Source: Octopus bimaculoides
Taxonomy: Eukaryota
DNA: 64,000 nucleotides
NCBI RefSeq assembly: GCF_001194135.2
Contig: NC_068996.1
Span: forward strand, 18,269,553-18,333,552
Reading direction: 5' to 3'
In this document: positions 1 to 12,184 of the stretch, one piece after another
How positions within the stretch are numbered: the stretch's first letter is position 1
Layout: each line of letters starts with the position of its first letter
Notes under the pieces: model-generated
Told to the model about the DNA's origin: nothing
What the model saw: the letters and a program-made list of their open reading frames with translations, nothing else
The model's database searches: none
Made by a program: the position numbers and the translations under genes

Positions 1-38
1 AACCCTTTCCCTCAAAATTTATTATTATAATTATTATT

Positions 39-390
39 GAGTGAGAGAGCAATGCATGCCATCAAAGTGATACTGGGGTAAAATATACAAAGGCCAGTAT
101 ACCTATCATGACTACCTGTCTGATAAGGGTACACCAGGTACATGCATCACAACCATATGTGTGCGACATATCAAAATCAACAGTACATGATCTCGGGTCA
201 AGTAGCCCATCCTGCTCAAAATGCCCTTGAATAAGATTTGTTTAAATATGATGAATAAAACACCCATGATTGCAGGGGGGAATTATTCAAACCCAAAGAA
301 TTCCTCACAACACATGGCTATGATGCTTCCCCATTACTTCTGCTCATGATCAGAGATGCACACATCATCAGCCACCAAGGGACATGCTCA
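39..390 (-). mobile_element. 3' end/UTR of an R4/Dong-type RLE LINE, ending in an (AAT)n tract
   Basis: 39-170 closely matches 37768-37905, which is joined to an R4/Dong zinc-knuckle coding segment. It abuts an ATT repeat at 19-38. Confidence 0.6.
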
Positions 391-564
391 TCTGGTTAAG
401 GTCAAGGAAATCTGTGATATTGTGCAGAATATTTGCTGTAACCCATCTTTTCTGCTAAAACTGTATTGAAACCATTTGTGGGGAAGAAAGAGAGAAAAAC
501 CCAACAATGCAGCACCAAGCGCTTCAACTGGTTGCACATCACAAGGTCCAACAGAACCTACTGA

Positions 565-960
565 AGCAAGCCAGCATGCTCGCAGTAATACCACGGGCAA
601 TGGCAAGGCTAGGGTGTTGAGAAAGCCAAGCGCCCTCATGGACATCACCTGACACTTCGGTGAGGTGAGCTGCCAACATTTACAAGAACTTCGCGGTTAG
701 TGGCCCAGTCTCTCCGAACGTCTCAAACGCCACAGGCTGGAAGAGATAGTTCCCTGTCAGATCCCGATACTTCAGGGTTTCGTTCCATTCGACTACGGAA
801 GCAGTAACCCTCCCATTTAATGCAGCATCCAGGATGCGGGAGGGAGTAAAGGAGTCGCAGACTGTAGTGTCTCAAATGAGGCACCTACCTCTAACAGAGG
901 GACAGTGGGTAAGACCATCTGGTCTCTTTCCACCCTGACGGCCCCAAAACTGAGGGAATT
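565..960 (-). mobile_element. CRE-clade non-LTR retrotransposon C-terminal fragment (RLE domain)
   Basis: Minus-strand translation gives KRPDGLT..GRCLI*DTTVCDSF..KYRDL..YLFQPVAFETFG and later SLAIARG, matching the CRE RLE pattern KRPDG..WD.T..D..P.A.ET.G..S.A.QRG. Contains stops. Confidence 0.7.
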
Positions 961-1255
961 AACAGATCGTACACTTAATCCATCAACGAGTTTAACACCA
1001 CCATCTATGCCACTTGGTTATAATTAGTGGGATCCACGTTGTTAAAAGAATTCAAGTAAGGTTTCCAGTCAGTGGATTCTATTACTACTTGTGTGAATTG
1101 TATTCTTCCTCGATAAATTAAAATAATTTTTGTCAGTGATAAATAAAATCTAATAAAGTGAATGTGCAAATGACTCTGTGTGTGTGTGTGCCTGTGCGTT
1201 TAGTAATTGTACAAGAGTTGTTGTAGTCTCCCAAACATCGCATAAAAAAACTAGA

Positions 1256-2008
1256 AAAGCACTCGGAGAGCTCAGACCTCCGCTGAGCAGCTCATTTCCA
1301 CCCATATACACGCATGCTGAAAATCGTCCAATTTCTCAAACTAACACCGGCAAAAACATAACCTCCTTGGTAAAAAAAAAGAATAACACAGCCATATGAT
1401 TTTAAGAAAAAAAACCCTTTAAAAATAGGAATCATCTGAAGCAGTTCACAATCACCAACATCAACAACATTGTCATTGCTTCCACTTCAACCATCAATGT
1501 TATCATGACGGTTACCTTGACAGTCACTTTCACCACCACAACCAGTATAACCACTGCAATACCATCATCACACAACTAACGCTATCATCAACACCACTAT
1601 TATCATCATCACCTCAGCATCACACATCACACCGCTCCAGTCGCCATTATAACCACCGATATTATTTTATCCTCCTCCCATACTTATCTCGACCGTCGTC
1701 ATCGTTAACACTATCTTTAAACAGCAACGCCACCATAGGTTACGTGGAAACGATGTGTTTTCAAGGAAGATAATCAAAGAATGTAACATTGTAATACTTC
1801 ATGTAAAGTAAATATAACAAATGAAAAATCCTTCAAGAATCCATAAAAATTCTGGGATCACTACCAAAATTTCATCATCTGTTCCTTGTGTCATTACCAA
1901 CTTTTCCTGCAAGTTTCATCAAATACCGTTCACAACTTATGGAGTTATTTTGCACACAGACGGACAAACCAACGCCAATGAAAACATAACATCCTTCCTT
2001 GTCGGAGG
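1256..2008 (+). mobile_element. Putative non-autonomous Helentron/HINE-like element(s)
   Basis: 5' motif agcactcggagagctcagacctccg; 3' motifs aaaacataacctccttgg (~1356-1372) and aaaacataacatccttccttgtcggaggtaa (~1982-2010). ACCTCCG/CGGAGGT are sub-terminal inverted motifs. Confidence 0.4.
1440..1740. repeat. Degenerate CAC/CAT-rich low-complexity tract
   Basis: Repeated acc/atc/cac triplets. Confidence 0.6.
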
Positions 2009-2189
2009 TAATTTAAAAAAAAAAAAAAGACAAACCCCAACGCATAGGGCAAGGGAAATAAATACAACTTATTTATACCAGTTCTCTCCCTTGATTATAA
2101 TTTTCAGCAAATATACAACTAATATAATTGGCCCTTTTCGTTTATGCAGACGGTCAATTTAGCTTAGAGGTCACTTAATCGGCCATATC

Positions 2190-5100
2190 AGGTGCTTCCC
2201 TTCTTGCAGCTTCTTTCATGGCTGATTCTTCCTATGACTGAAGCGCAGTTTCTGTCACAATCCTTGCACACGAAGAGGGTGGCTCGGTGCTCTGCATTTC
2301 TGTTGTTTTCCTTTCACCACTGACGCTTCTCAACTTGTTTGTTTCTGTAGCTGCTCTCCAGCAAAGCAGTTCCTTCCTTCACCACAGTCCTCCATGTTGT
2401 TCTGTCCTCAGCCCTCTCTTCCCAGGTGCTGACATCCACCTCATACTTGGACAAACTGGTTTTGCAAGTGTCCTTATACCTCAGTTTTGGTCTTCCTCTT
2501 GGTCTCTTGCCCTGGGCCAGTTCTGCACAGAACTGTTGCTTCGGGATTCGATGGTCATCCACTTTCGTGACATGCCCCAGTCACCTCAGTCTTCTCATAC
2601 ACAAGATAGCTATCATTCTTTGAAGATTCGCCTGCGCCAGCACTTCAACCTTGGTAACCTTGTCGCGCCATGTTAGGCCTAAGATCTTGTGGGCACCTTT
2701 CCTGTCTGCTGTACAAGGTCCATGTTTCAGATCCATAGAAGAGTGTACTAAGAACACATGCTTCATAAATCCTGACCTTTGTCTTGATGTCTAATCGCTT
2801 GTTCTTCCATACTCGTTTTGTCAGCTTTTCAAAAGTTGTTGCTGCCTTCCCTATCCTGACGTTAATCTCATCATCAAGTGAAGTAGTGGAGCAAATGGTA
2901 GACCCTAGATAGCAGAACCTGTCCACTGTCTCAAACTCTTTGTCATCAAGCTTGATATGGCCTTTCACTGTGCCCTACTGAGTGAAGATGATTGTCTTCT
3001 TTATACTGATGACCAAACTGAAGGCCTTGCATGCTGATAATAGGTGATCCATCATTATTTGTATATTTAATTCACTGTCAGCAACAAGTGCCGGATCGTC
3101 GGCAAAGAGAAAGTCTTTTATTGTTGCTCTATTGATCTTAGTCTTGGCCTGAAATCTAGAAAGATCAAAGAGTAACCCATCAGTTCTCCAACAAAGGTAG
3201 ACATCTCCCGACAACTCTTGAAATGCATACTGCAGCAATACAGCAAAGTAAATGCTGAAAAGGATTGGTGCTAAGACACAACCTTGTTTTACTCTGCTGT
3301 TGATGTTGAAGCTCTCTGATACTAAACTGTCAAACTGAATGGTGGCTTTCATGTCATCATGGAAAGAAACAATGAGCTGCAGCAGTATTGGGGGACAGCC
3401 ACATTTTCCAAGCACCATGTACAGTCCTGATCTGCTGATTGTATCAAATGCCTTTGTCAGATCGACAAATGCTATATATAGTGGTAATTGCTGCTCCCAG
3501 CATTTTTCTTGTAGTTGACGAATGGAGAAGATCATATCCATTGTTGAGCGGTTAAATCTAAAACCGCACTGGCTCTCTGGTAGTACTCTTTCTGCAAGCT
3601 TCTGAAGTCGTTTCAGAATGATCCTTGCAAAAGCTTTTCCAGTCATGCTCAGACGTGAGATGCCTCTGTAGTTATTGCAACCTCCCTTGTCCCCTTTATC
3701 TTTGTAGAGAGTGATGATCTTGGGATCTCATATTCTGTGGAATTTTTACTTCCAACCAACACGTCTTTAGTAACTTGTATAAATGTAGAAGGAGGGCATC
3801 TTTGTTCTCTTTCAACACTTCAGCAGGTATATTGTCATTTCCGGGTGCTTTTCCGCCTGCAAGTTCATCGATTGCAGTGGAGAGTTCTTCTTCCGTTGGT
3901 GGTATATCAAGTCCTGTCATTTCGGGCAGCTGAGGAATGGCCTCATCAAGTTGTCTATCTCGCTCCTTTGTGTGCAATTGAGAGTAATGTTCCACCCATC
4001 TTTCCATTTGTTTCTTCTTGTCCGTCAGCTGATCACCTGTTGCAGACTTGAGAGGTGCCACTTTACTCACTGTTGGTCCGATAGTAATGCTAATCTTCTC
4101 ATACATTTTCCCGATGTTATCCATGTTACTCGCCTGTTGAATTTCTAAGCATAATTTATCCCAGTACAGGTAAGCACATTTTCTAGTTTCTTTTTGAAGG
4201 TTGGATTTTAAAGCACGTAGCTATTGCTTTGTACTTTCTGTTGGCTTTCTATTGTCATTTATGAAGATCTTGCGCTTTTTCTCAAGGAATGGCATTAGTA
4301 TTGATGCATTGGTTTGGATCCAGTACCCCTTGGAAAGTCGATCCGTTCCAAAGGCCTTCGACGCAGAATCATATATTGCTGATTTCATGTTGTTCCACAT
4401 GTCGTCAGGGGATGAGCTATCTAAGTTTTGGAGCTGTTCTTCAACATATTCTTGATTTTTGGTTCTCATCGCTGGATCTTGGGTGTTTTCTTTGTGTTGA
4501 TCTTAGATTTCTTTGGTTTTTCGGTCCTTGGTGTTTTCTTTGTGACCATTTTTACCTTGGCTATAACCAACAGATGATGCGTGTTACAGTCTGCTCTATG
4601 GAAGGATCTTGTTTGCTTCACAGTGTTGACATCATTCTTTCTGACGATGACGAAGTCAATCTGGTGCCAATCACCTAATCTTGGATGGCACCAAGAAACT
4701 TTATGCTGGTCTTTGCCATTGTAGAAGGTATTTGCAATGCACAGGTTGTTATTTGTGCAGAATTCTAAGAGTCTCTGGCCATTCCCATTGATTTTCCCCA
4801 ATCCAAACTGTCCAAGGCAGTTGGGCCATGCTTGGTGATCAGCGCCTACTCTTGCATTGAAATCGCCTATGAGAAAGAGTTGGTCTGCCTTTGGGACACT
4901 GTTGATCACATCCTGAAGTTCCTCGTAGAACTGATCTTTCTTCTCATTTTCTGCTGTTAGAATCGGGGCATAGGCACCAATGAGATACGCCCTTCCAGTT
5001 TTAGTCTCCACTTCCATGATAGTGATGCGCACAGATATGCCTCGAGGAGTATGCCTCTGTTGTGTACTGTGAAACCCACATCATGGATTCTCCTCTCATC

Positions 5101-5271
5101 TTCCCCAAGGCCCTTCTAGAAGAATGTGTGATTTTTTTTCCCTAATGGAACCAGAGTCAGAAAGTCTTATCTCTTGCAGGGCAGTGATGTTTACATTCAG
5201 CCGTGTGAGCTCCCTGTCAATAATTGCCGTTTTCCTGCTGTCCTCTGTTTTGTCTAGGTCGGTAATGTCAA
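2190..5271 (-). mobile_element. RTE-clade LINE, near full-length ORF (APE + RT), decayed
   Basis: Successive minus ORFs: IGAYAP..FYEELQ..GDFNARVG (APE), GKAPGND, ESQCGFR..FVDLTKAFD..QGCVLAP..FADD (RT), YGSETW, GRPKLRYKD. Several frameshifts and stops. Confidence 0.95.
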
Positions 5272-6168
5272 CTATAGGGCTTTCCTATAAGGTGTTATCC
5301 ACCCCTGATTGGAACTCTCCCGTATGACATGTACGCATGCTCAGTGACTTGCTTTAACAGTTGCAATCAGCTGAATGCACATTGCCAGTGACATTTGACA
5401 TAATTACCCACACTCTGTGGTCAGGATTCTTTTTTTGGTTTGATGTCGGTATCGAAGGGATTACCAGACACCGGACAATACAGTGAGAGCAGCTTTCACT
5501 CACATCGTGGTATTCGATGCTGTGTACGTGTCTGTCGTGGTAAAATATGCCACTCCTTAACTGTTGCTTTGCTTTCATCAGTAGCACGAGGTAATTATGT
5601 CATTNNNNNNNNNNNNNNNNNNNNNNNNNNNNNNNNNNNNNNNNNNNNNNNNNNNNNNNNNNNNNNNNNNNNNNNNNNNNNNNNNNNNNNNNNNNNNNNN
5701 NNNNNNNNNNNNNNNNNNNNNNNNNNNNNNNNNNNNNNNNNNNNNNNNNNNNNNNNNNNNNNNNNNNNNNNNNNNNNNNNNNNNNNNNNNNNNNNNNNNN
5801 NNNNNNNNNNNNNNNNNNNNNNNNNNNNNNNNNNNNNNNNNNNNNNNNNNNNNNNNNNNNNNNNNNNNNNNNNNNNNNNNNNNNNNNNNNNNNNNNNNNN
5901 NNNNNNNNNNNNNNNNNNNNNNNNNNNNNNNNNNNNNNNNNNNNNNNNNNNNNNNNNNNNNNNNNNNNNNNNNNNNNNNNNNNNNNNNNNNNNNNNNNNN
6001 NNNNNNNNNNNNNNNNNNNNNNNNNNNNNNNNNNNNNNNNNNNNNNNNNNNNNNNNNNNNAAGACGTAAAACAATAACAATAGCGTGGGTAGCCTCCGGA
6101 AGTTTAATTATCTACATGGAGCGTCGCCTAGCCAAGGGAGATAACCTACTTATAGGAAAGCCCTATAG
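5272..6168. mobile_element. Putative TIR-bounded non-autonomous DNA transposon spanning a gap
   Basis: ctatagggctttcctataag at 5272-5291 and its exact reverse complement at 6149-6168, with weaker similarity extending to ~28 bp. Confidence 0.55.
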
Positions 6169-6229
6169 CTTGTAAATTCAGCACGCACACACACACATTT
6201 ATACATGAGAATACAATACAATTATCTCA

Positions 6230-7060
6230 TGCTACTCTAAGAGGTTGGACTGGCTTAACTAAACAAGCTTAGAGAAGCACACATCATACCAGTAAAAATC
6301 AATGCATGAGTATATATATCCTGTAAACGAGAGGATAACGGCAGCATCGTTCACGAGACCTGTGATAGTTACATTTCATCTCATCTACAAGGATATGCCT
6401 TCGCTATCTACCAGGAACAGGAGATAGCTGCTAAATACCTGATAAACAATAAGGACAAAGATACCACCACGTTTTGATAAAAAAAAATGTCAGATTTGCT
6501 ATACCAATGCAGAAGATATCACTCACATCATCATCAGCTGCTCTAAAATGTCTATGAGATACTGCCTCCCACTGAGGCATGATATAGCTATCCGCAGGAA
6601 GGACCACCCTGACGTATACATCAAAAGCATGTCAGAAACAGTTGGTATTCACTCCTTTAAAAACAAGGAATACTGGTGGAACACCACAGTAAAAACATCA
6701 TTTCGGTGCAAACATAGCAGACCTGATATTGTTCTGGCACCGTTTTAGAGGTCAGCTGCCCAGCAAACGTGAATGTACAATCAAAAGTCCAGGAAAACAG
6801 GGAACACTTATGGCGAATTAATGTGGAACTTACATACAGCTCTTGTATCCTGATTATAAATTCTCATTTGTACCTATCATCATAGGTGCATTTGGCTTTA
6901 TATCAACAGATTAAAAAACTAACTAGAAATACTCGGTTTCACGAAGGAAGAGCAAACGAAACTGACCCACATTCTCCAAATCCAACCTAGGATTCAACAA
7001 TTAAAAGTTTCAACAAATATCAAAAACTTCTCACCAGTAAACCAAAAAACACGTCCGACA
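6230..7060 (+). mobile_element. RLE LINE (R4/Dong-like, family B) 3' coding fragment
   Basis: CQIC..AEDITHIIISC.KMS.RY..PLRHD zinc knuckle; EYWWNT..KHSRPDIV nuclease motif; YPDYKFSFVPIIIGA-like end. Confidence 0.8.
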
Positions 7061-7149
7061 ACAAGACCGGACGATTCATAAGCCTTAAAATTCACTCAGT
7101 GATTGCTCACGGGCATATGTCGTAGTGGTTAGGAGCGCGGGCTACAAGC

Positions 7150-7200
7150 CACAAGATTCCGAGTTCGATTCCGAACAGCAGCAGCGTCGTCGAGTGAATT
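7150..7200 (+). mobile_element. Short tRNA-derived SINE head
   Basis: gggcatatgtcgtagtggtt (A-box) and gagttcgattcc (B-box). A second copy lies at 8941-9007 (-). Confidence 0.65.
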
Positions 7201-7949
7201 TTCAGGTTTATGAATCTTGTCGTCGAACTTTGAACGTTTGTTGAATTGTTTTCCTATGAAGCCATTTTGGTATTTTTATTTTTGATTTAAAAAAAAAATT
7301 AAACTTTGTAAGGCTTTTGTAAGCTTTAGTGTTGNNNNNNNNNNNNNNNNNNNNNNNNNNNNNNNNNNNNNNNNNNNNNNNNNNNNNNNNNNNNNNNNNN
7401 NNNNNNNNNNNNNNNNNNNNNNNNNNNNNNNNNNNNNNNNNNNNNNNNNNNNNNNNNNNNNNNNNNNNNNNNNNNNNNNNNNNNNNNNNNNNNNNNNNNN
7501 NNNNNNNNNNNNNNNNNNNNNNNNNNNNNNNNNNNNNNNNNNNNNNNNNNNNNNNNNNNNNNNNNNNNNNNNNNNNNNNNNNNNNNNNNNNNNNNNNNNN
7601 NNNNNNNNNNNNNNNNNNNNNNNNNNNNNNNNNNNNNNNNNNNNAGAAAACGTAATACCAAGAGAAAAGCTCGGGAGCTTTTTCGAAGAATGAAATTTTC
7701 AACAAAACAATATAGAAAAATGCTTGACCCCAATATGGAAGGATGTAAAATATATAGCGAGGGGCCGAATGTATGGCACAATTGAGGCCAGATATGAATC
7801 AGAGGAAAGGGCCAAAGAGTACTCAGTGAGCCCTCTGAAAACGAAGGAGGTCGTGAAGTCAGCCCCAACATCACCAGTTAAGGGTAAGTAGAGCCCTTGC
7901 TTTTTTTCCTTGTTTTTTTTTTTTTTTGAGTAATGGCTACACTTAACCT

Positions 7950-8740
7950 TGGGTGTTTGAATGTGCGTGGTCTGAGCTCGAAGTAGAAGCAAGCTTGTTT
8001 CCTCGACAAGTACAGTCTATGTAGACCCAGAAGGTGCGTTGGTCGTCCTTGATGTGACATACAGCAGTAAGGTCTTCAAGTTGATCGGGATCTATGCACC
8101 TTGTGCTAGAGTATTTCAAACTGATTTTTTATCGGCGCCTAGAGAACTTTCTTGTGACGTCGAAGACATTAGTGATGTTAGGAGACTATAACTCTATCGT
8201 TGACGCACGCATCGATAGCATTGGCTCGACCGATAGGTAAGTGAACTCATGTCTCGTAGATCTGCTTAAGCGCTTTCAGCTAGCGGATCGATACAGGCTT
8301 AACCATCTGAGCGTCCTGGAGTAGACCTGAATTAGTGGCGACGGAAGGTTCAAGTCTTACTTAGATAGGATAGTGATAAGAACTAGAGATAAGGCTAGTT
8401 TTAGCTGTCCACAGCTTGTCCAGGTGTCCTACACTGACCATAGAATGGTTAAATGTAGACTGGACATAGATAGTACAGTTAAGAGAGGATCCGATCCGGC
8501 TATTGGAAGTTGAACAAGTCTATTTTGACTTGCGTGGCATACTGTAGCCGGATTAAGGAATTAGTACAGAGGGCGTTAACTGGCGCTGTGGTTAATAACC
8601 GATGATGGTTCGCCCTCAAGAGAGCTATTCGTTTTGAGTAAATTAGGTTTAGCTTTCAGCTAAGATTAGATAAGGCCAGAATAAAAGGGCAATTAGTTAA
8701 GGACCTAGAGGAGGCGATGAGATTCGGCTATAGGTTAAGG
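7950..8740 (+). mobile_element. L1/Tx1-clade LINE endonuclease fragment
   Basis: VDPEGALVVLD..IGIYAP..LGDYNS..SYLDRI..SYTDH..PGYWKLN with stops and frameshifts. Confidence 0.85.
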
Positions 8741-8819
8741 TGAGAAGTTTAAGAATATTATATATATTGGACTCAATATATATATTATGTACATATATAT
8801 TATGTATGTGTGTTTATAC

Positions 8820-8945
8820 GTTTGTGTGTGCCACCCCACCAACATCGCTTGACAACCGATGCTGGTGTGTTACGTCCCTGTAATCTAGCGGTTCGGCAAA
8901 ATAGACCGATAGAATAAGTACTAGGCTTACAAAGAACAAGTCCTG
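8820..8945 (+). mobile_element. SINE family 1, 3' fragment
   Basis: Matches the 3' half of the full copies at 40625 and 41811. Confidence 0.8.
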
Positions 8946-9007
8946 CTTGGAATTAAACTCGGAATCTTAGTAGCCCGCGCTCTTAACCACTACGCCATAT
9001 GCCCGTT
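8941..9007 (-). mobile_element. Short tRNA-derived SINE head
   Basis: Reverse complement gggcatatggcgtagtggttaagagcgcgggctac.. matches 7150. Confidence 0.65.
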
Positions 9008-9288
9008 GGCAATTATAGAGTGAATTTTAGGGCTTATAAACCCAATATTTTCATATCCTTTCTTAATACCGGTTCCCATATGCTATTCATATCTGCACTC
9101 GGTCTGCTTAGGAGGTTGTTGTGTCCTAGCATATGTGCTGCTTCTTTTAGTTTTCGTATTTTCCAGTGGTGTTCTTTGTCTGTTATTTTAACTTCATCCC
9201 ACAGGGGGAGGTGGTCTCCATTTTTTCATTCATGATCAGCTATACCCGATTTATCAATATCTCCTCGTGTCTCTTAAATTTAGAACTG

Positions 9289-9319
<31 letters not shown>

Positions 9320-9739
9320 NNNNNNNNNNNNNNNNNNNNNNNNNNNNNNNNNNNNNNNNNNNNNNNNNNNNNNNNNNNNNNNNNNNNNNNNNNNNNNNNN
9401 NNNNNNNNNNNNNNNNNNNNNNNNNNNNNNNNNNNNNNNNNNNNNNNNNNNNNNNNNNNNNNNNNNNNNNNNNNNNNACTTTTATTCCGACATATCCTGG
9501 TATCTATTAACCAATTTATTTTATCCGAATTATTTATTACTAGGAGAAAATAAATACATATAATAAAATATATATATACATATATATTAGAAATATAATA
9601 TTTCTAAATCTCTCAGAGAGATTTAAGCAGTAGTGGAGCGATAAAGATGTAGTATATTGTCAACTTAATGTGACAATCCCAACAAGGGAATACACTACTG
9701 CCGTTTAGCCCTAGGAAGCTGGACCGCTTCCTGTCGGCC

Positions 9740-10240
9740 TTGACACAATTACTGTGTCCTTAAGTTTGCGAGGGCGTGACATCTTCCCAGATGTACATTG
9801 TCACTCCACCACAAGTCCTTTCTCTCCTGTCAGTTCGAAATGCAACATACCCTGGTATGTGAATCTCAGCATCTGATACGTCCACATTCAGATGTATTTC
9901 TGTTAGAAACATGCATATTGCTTGATTACATGCCACTAAGTCTCTCAGGTACTGTGTTTTACATTGTTGGGACGTTACGGGGCCCCTGATGTTCAACAAG
10001 AATACTGCTGTGACATGTACGGTATCGGTAGTGGTCAATGGTCTGACATGCATAAAGGTATCAGAGATGGCCACCTCGGATCCTTTGTTGTTTGAGACGG
10101 TCACGGACACTAGTAAGTGTTCCTCATACTGGATGTCTGGTGAAGCCAGGTCAGCTGCCTTACAATCTTCTGCAATAAGAGTATTTGGCAGCTCTCCTTC
10201 CGCTAGGTTTCATGCGAGGAGCACTATTTTAATTTCCTCA
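9740..10240 (-). mobile_element. CR1/L2-type LINE endonuclease N-terminal fragment
   Basis: FLLNIRG..FLTEIHL..SDAEIHIPGY..FRTDR..GGV.MYI (ORF 9760-10110). Confidence 0.8.
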
Positions 10241-10319
10241 ATCTGCCAGTTTCTTTGAATTTTGAAACTTACGCTTTCTTTCGTGTAGTTTGCTTTGCTG
10301 AGGTCCATTTGATGAGATA

Positions 10320-10365
10320 AGGAGAGAGAAAACGTCGGGAAGAAGTGGTGGAAGATATAAAGGAG

Positions 10366-10415
<50 letters not shown>

Positions 10416-10666
10416 AGAAAGCAGAGTGACAGGGAGAGTGAGAGAGATGTAGAGGTAGTAAGGGGGACAAAGAAAAAACAGATGTAAAGGTAGTGAAGAG
10501 AACAGAGAGAAGAGAGAAATATAAAGATAGTGAAGAAAGGAAGAGAGAGAGGAGAGATGCAAGGCAGTGAAGAAAAGCAGAGGGGACGTGCATATATAAC
10601 GCGAGAGTGAGGAAGAGAGATACAGCGAGCGAGGAAAAAGACAGAGATAAATAAATCAGTAAGCAC

Positions 10667-10699
<33 letters not shown>

Positions 10700-10760
10700 T
10701 TTAAAAGGAGTAAAAGAGAGTGCGAAAAGAGAAAGAAGATATAAAGCAAAAACAGACTGA
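10320..10760. repeat. (GA)n microsatellite and purine-rich tract
   Basis: Pure GA runs near 10368-10412 and 10667-10698. Confidence 0.9.
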
Positions 10761-11638
10761 TAATTAGTTCATATATGAGTAGTGTCCCTTTAATATCACG
10801 CAAAAATTGATTAAAAAAATTGAGAATTAAAATTAAATATCTTTTTTTCTAATGGATAAAATTTTACGAAACTTTTACCAATATATTCCTTTAACATTTC
10901 TCTTTCATATTAATATCGATATGATAATTCTTAACCAAAATTAAAAGAACGGTGTGGATTCAAAGTGTCAATGTCGGGCGTTACTACCCATCAGTCAACC
11001 AGTTTGGTCTATACATTTTTTCTCTTAACTTTCTTGAATGTTTTTAACTCCAATTTCTCGTAAATTAAAATCTTCATTGCATTCACTGCGGAGTAATCCA
11101 TTCTGATTTGCAAAGGCTCTCACTTTCTCTTTTAAGTTTCCATTCGCTGTTTGGAAAACCGACAATTTATTCTATTAATGTATACGTAATTTATTATTCT
11201 ATTAAAGTATACGTAATTTATTATTTTTTGAATGAAAAATTTTTAAATACCCGTATAATTTTTTGAACATAGGATAGCTGTGAGAAAAGCCTAGAAAGTT
11301 GGGTAATTACTATTAGAAGACAAGGAGAAAAAAAGTTACCGACAAGTACTCGAAACTTGCACCTTATTCACAGTTTCCAAATACTCTCTACCACTAAGCC
11401 AATATATACACAAACATGTTGCACGAGCGACTTCTACAGTGTTACACACTCGCGCGCACACATAGATACACATACACACAAATGAAAGGCAATTAATGTG
11501 TGTGCGTGTGTGTTTGCTGTTCACTGACACAACTTCGTGCTGCATTAATTTTGCGAAGTTTTGTCAGTGAACAGGTTTCGGTTTCAAAGCAAAGAAAATA
11601 TTTTGGCACAAATGAAATTTTAATGTTGAAGTTAAACT

Positions 11639-11867
11639 GGTACTACTTAAATATAGAGGTCCCTTAACCGTACTACTTAAATACAGAGGTCCCTCAACGG
11701 TACTACTTAAATATAGGTGTTACATACAAAACATTTTAAATGGACGTGTAAAGACACCCTAATCCTAACTGACCCTAAAACTAGCCCTAACCGTAACCCT
11801 AAAAACTAATCCCCCGCTTCATATCGTTACATAGATACATCGGGACCTCTGTATTTAAGTAGAACCG
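11639..11867. mobile_element. MITE-like element with a tandemly repeated left TIR
   Basis: A 30-bp unit ggtactacttaaata(t/c)agaggtccc.. occurs 2.6 times at 11639-11717, with an inverted copy at 11842-11867. CCCTAA-like repeats lie inside. Confidence 0.6.
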
Positions 11868-12184
11868 TGAAACTAACGGTTTCTGTGTGTTCTTGAATGG
11901 CTTACAAACATCTACGCAGCAATTGTTTTTGTTTCAGCACACGATCTCAGATCAAGTCACTGGCTATGCAAGTACATCTCCGTAATTTAAAAAAATCCTT
12001 GTGGATAAATGCCAGCAATGACCTTCGCAGGCTGGTACTTAACAATAGTTTTGAAAAAGTAAAAATGTTTTCTATGAACTGTGGTTTCAAGATATTTTTA
12101 GGTTGAATATATTCTACAGTTGTCTCTGTTGGCTCAGCTATATTGGGAAAGACACAAGACTTTAGTGATGGATGGCGGTTTAGA

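Noticed and set aside
5440-6175. Long ORFs spanning N runs (also near 7200-7870, 16600-17720, 27640-28460, 35000-35570, 50280-51100)
   Set aside because: They are open only because of assembly gaps.
7150-7200. Possible tRNA genes (also 8941-9007 and 61051-61118)
   Set aside because: A- and B-boxes are present but cloverleaves are incomplete and they continue into repeat bodies; these are SINE heads.
10960-11165. Possible Helitron helicase fragment
   Set aside because: The resemblance was too weak in every frame.
11639-11717. CRISPR-like 30-bp direct repeats
   Set aside because: The units are contiguous with no spacers, and the context is eukaryotic with no cas genes.
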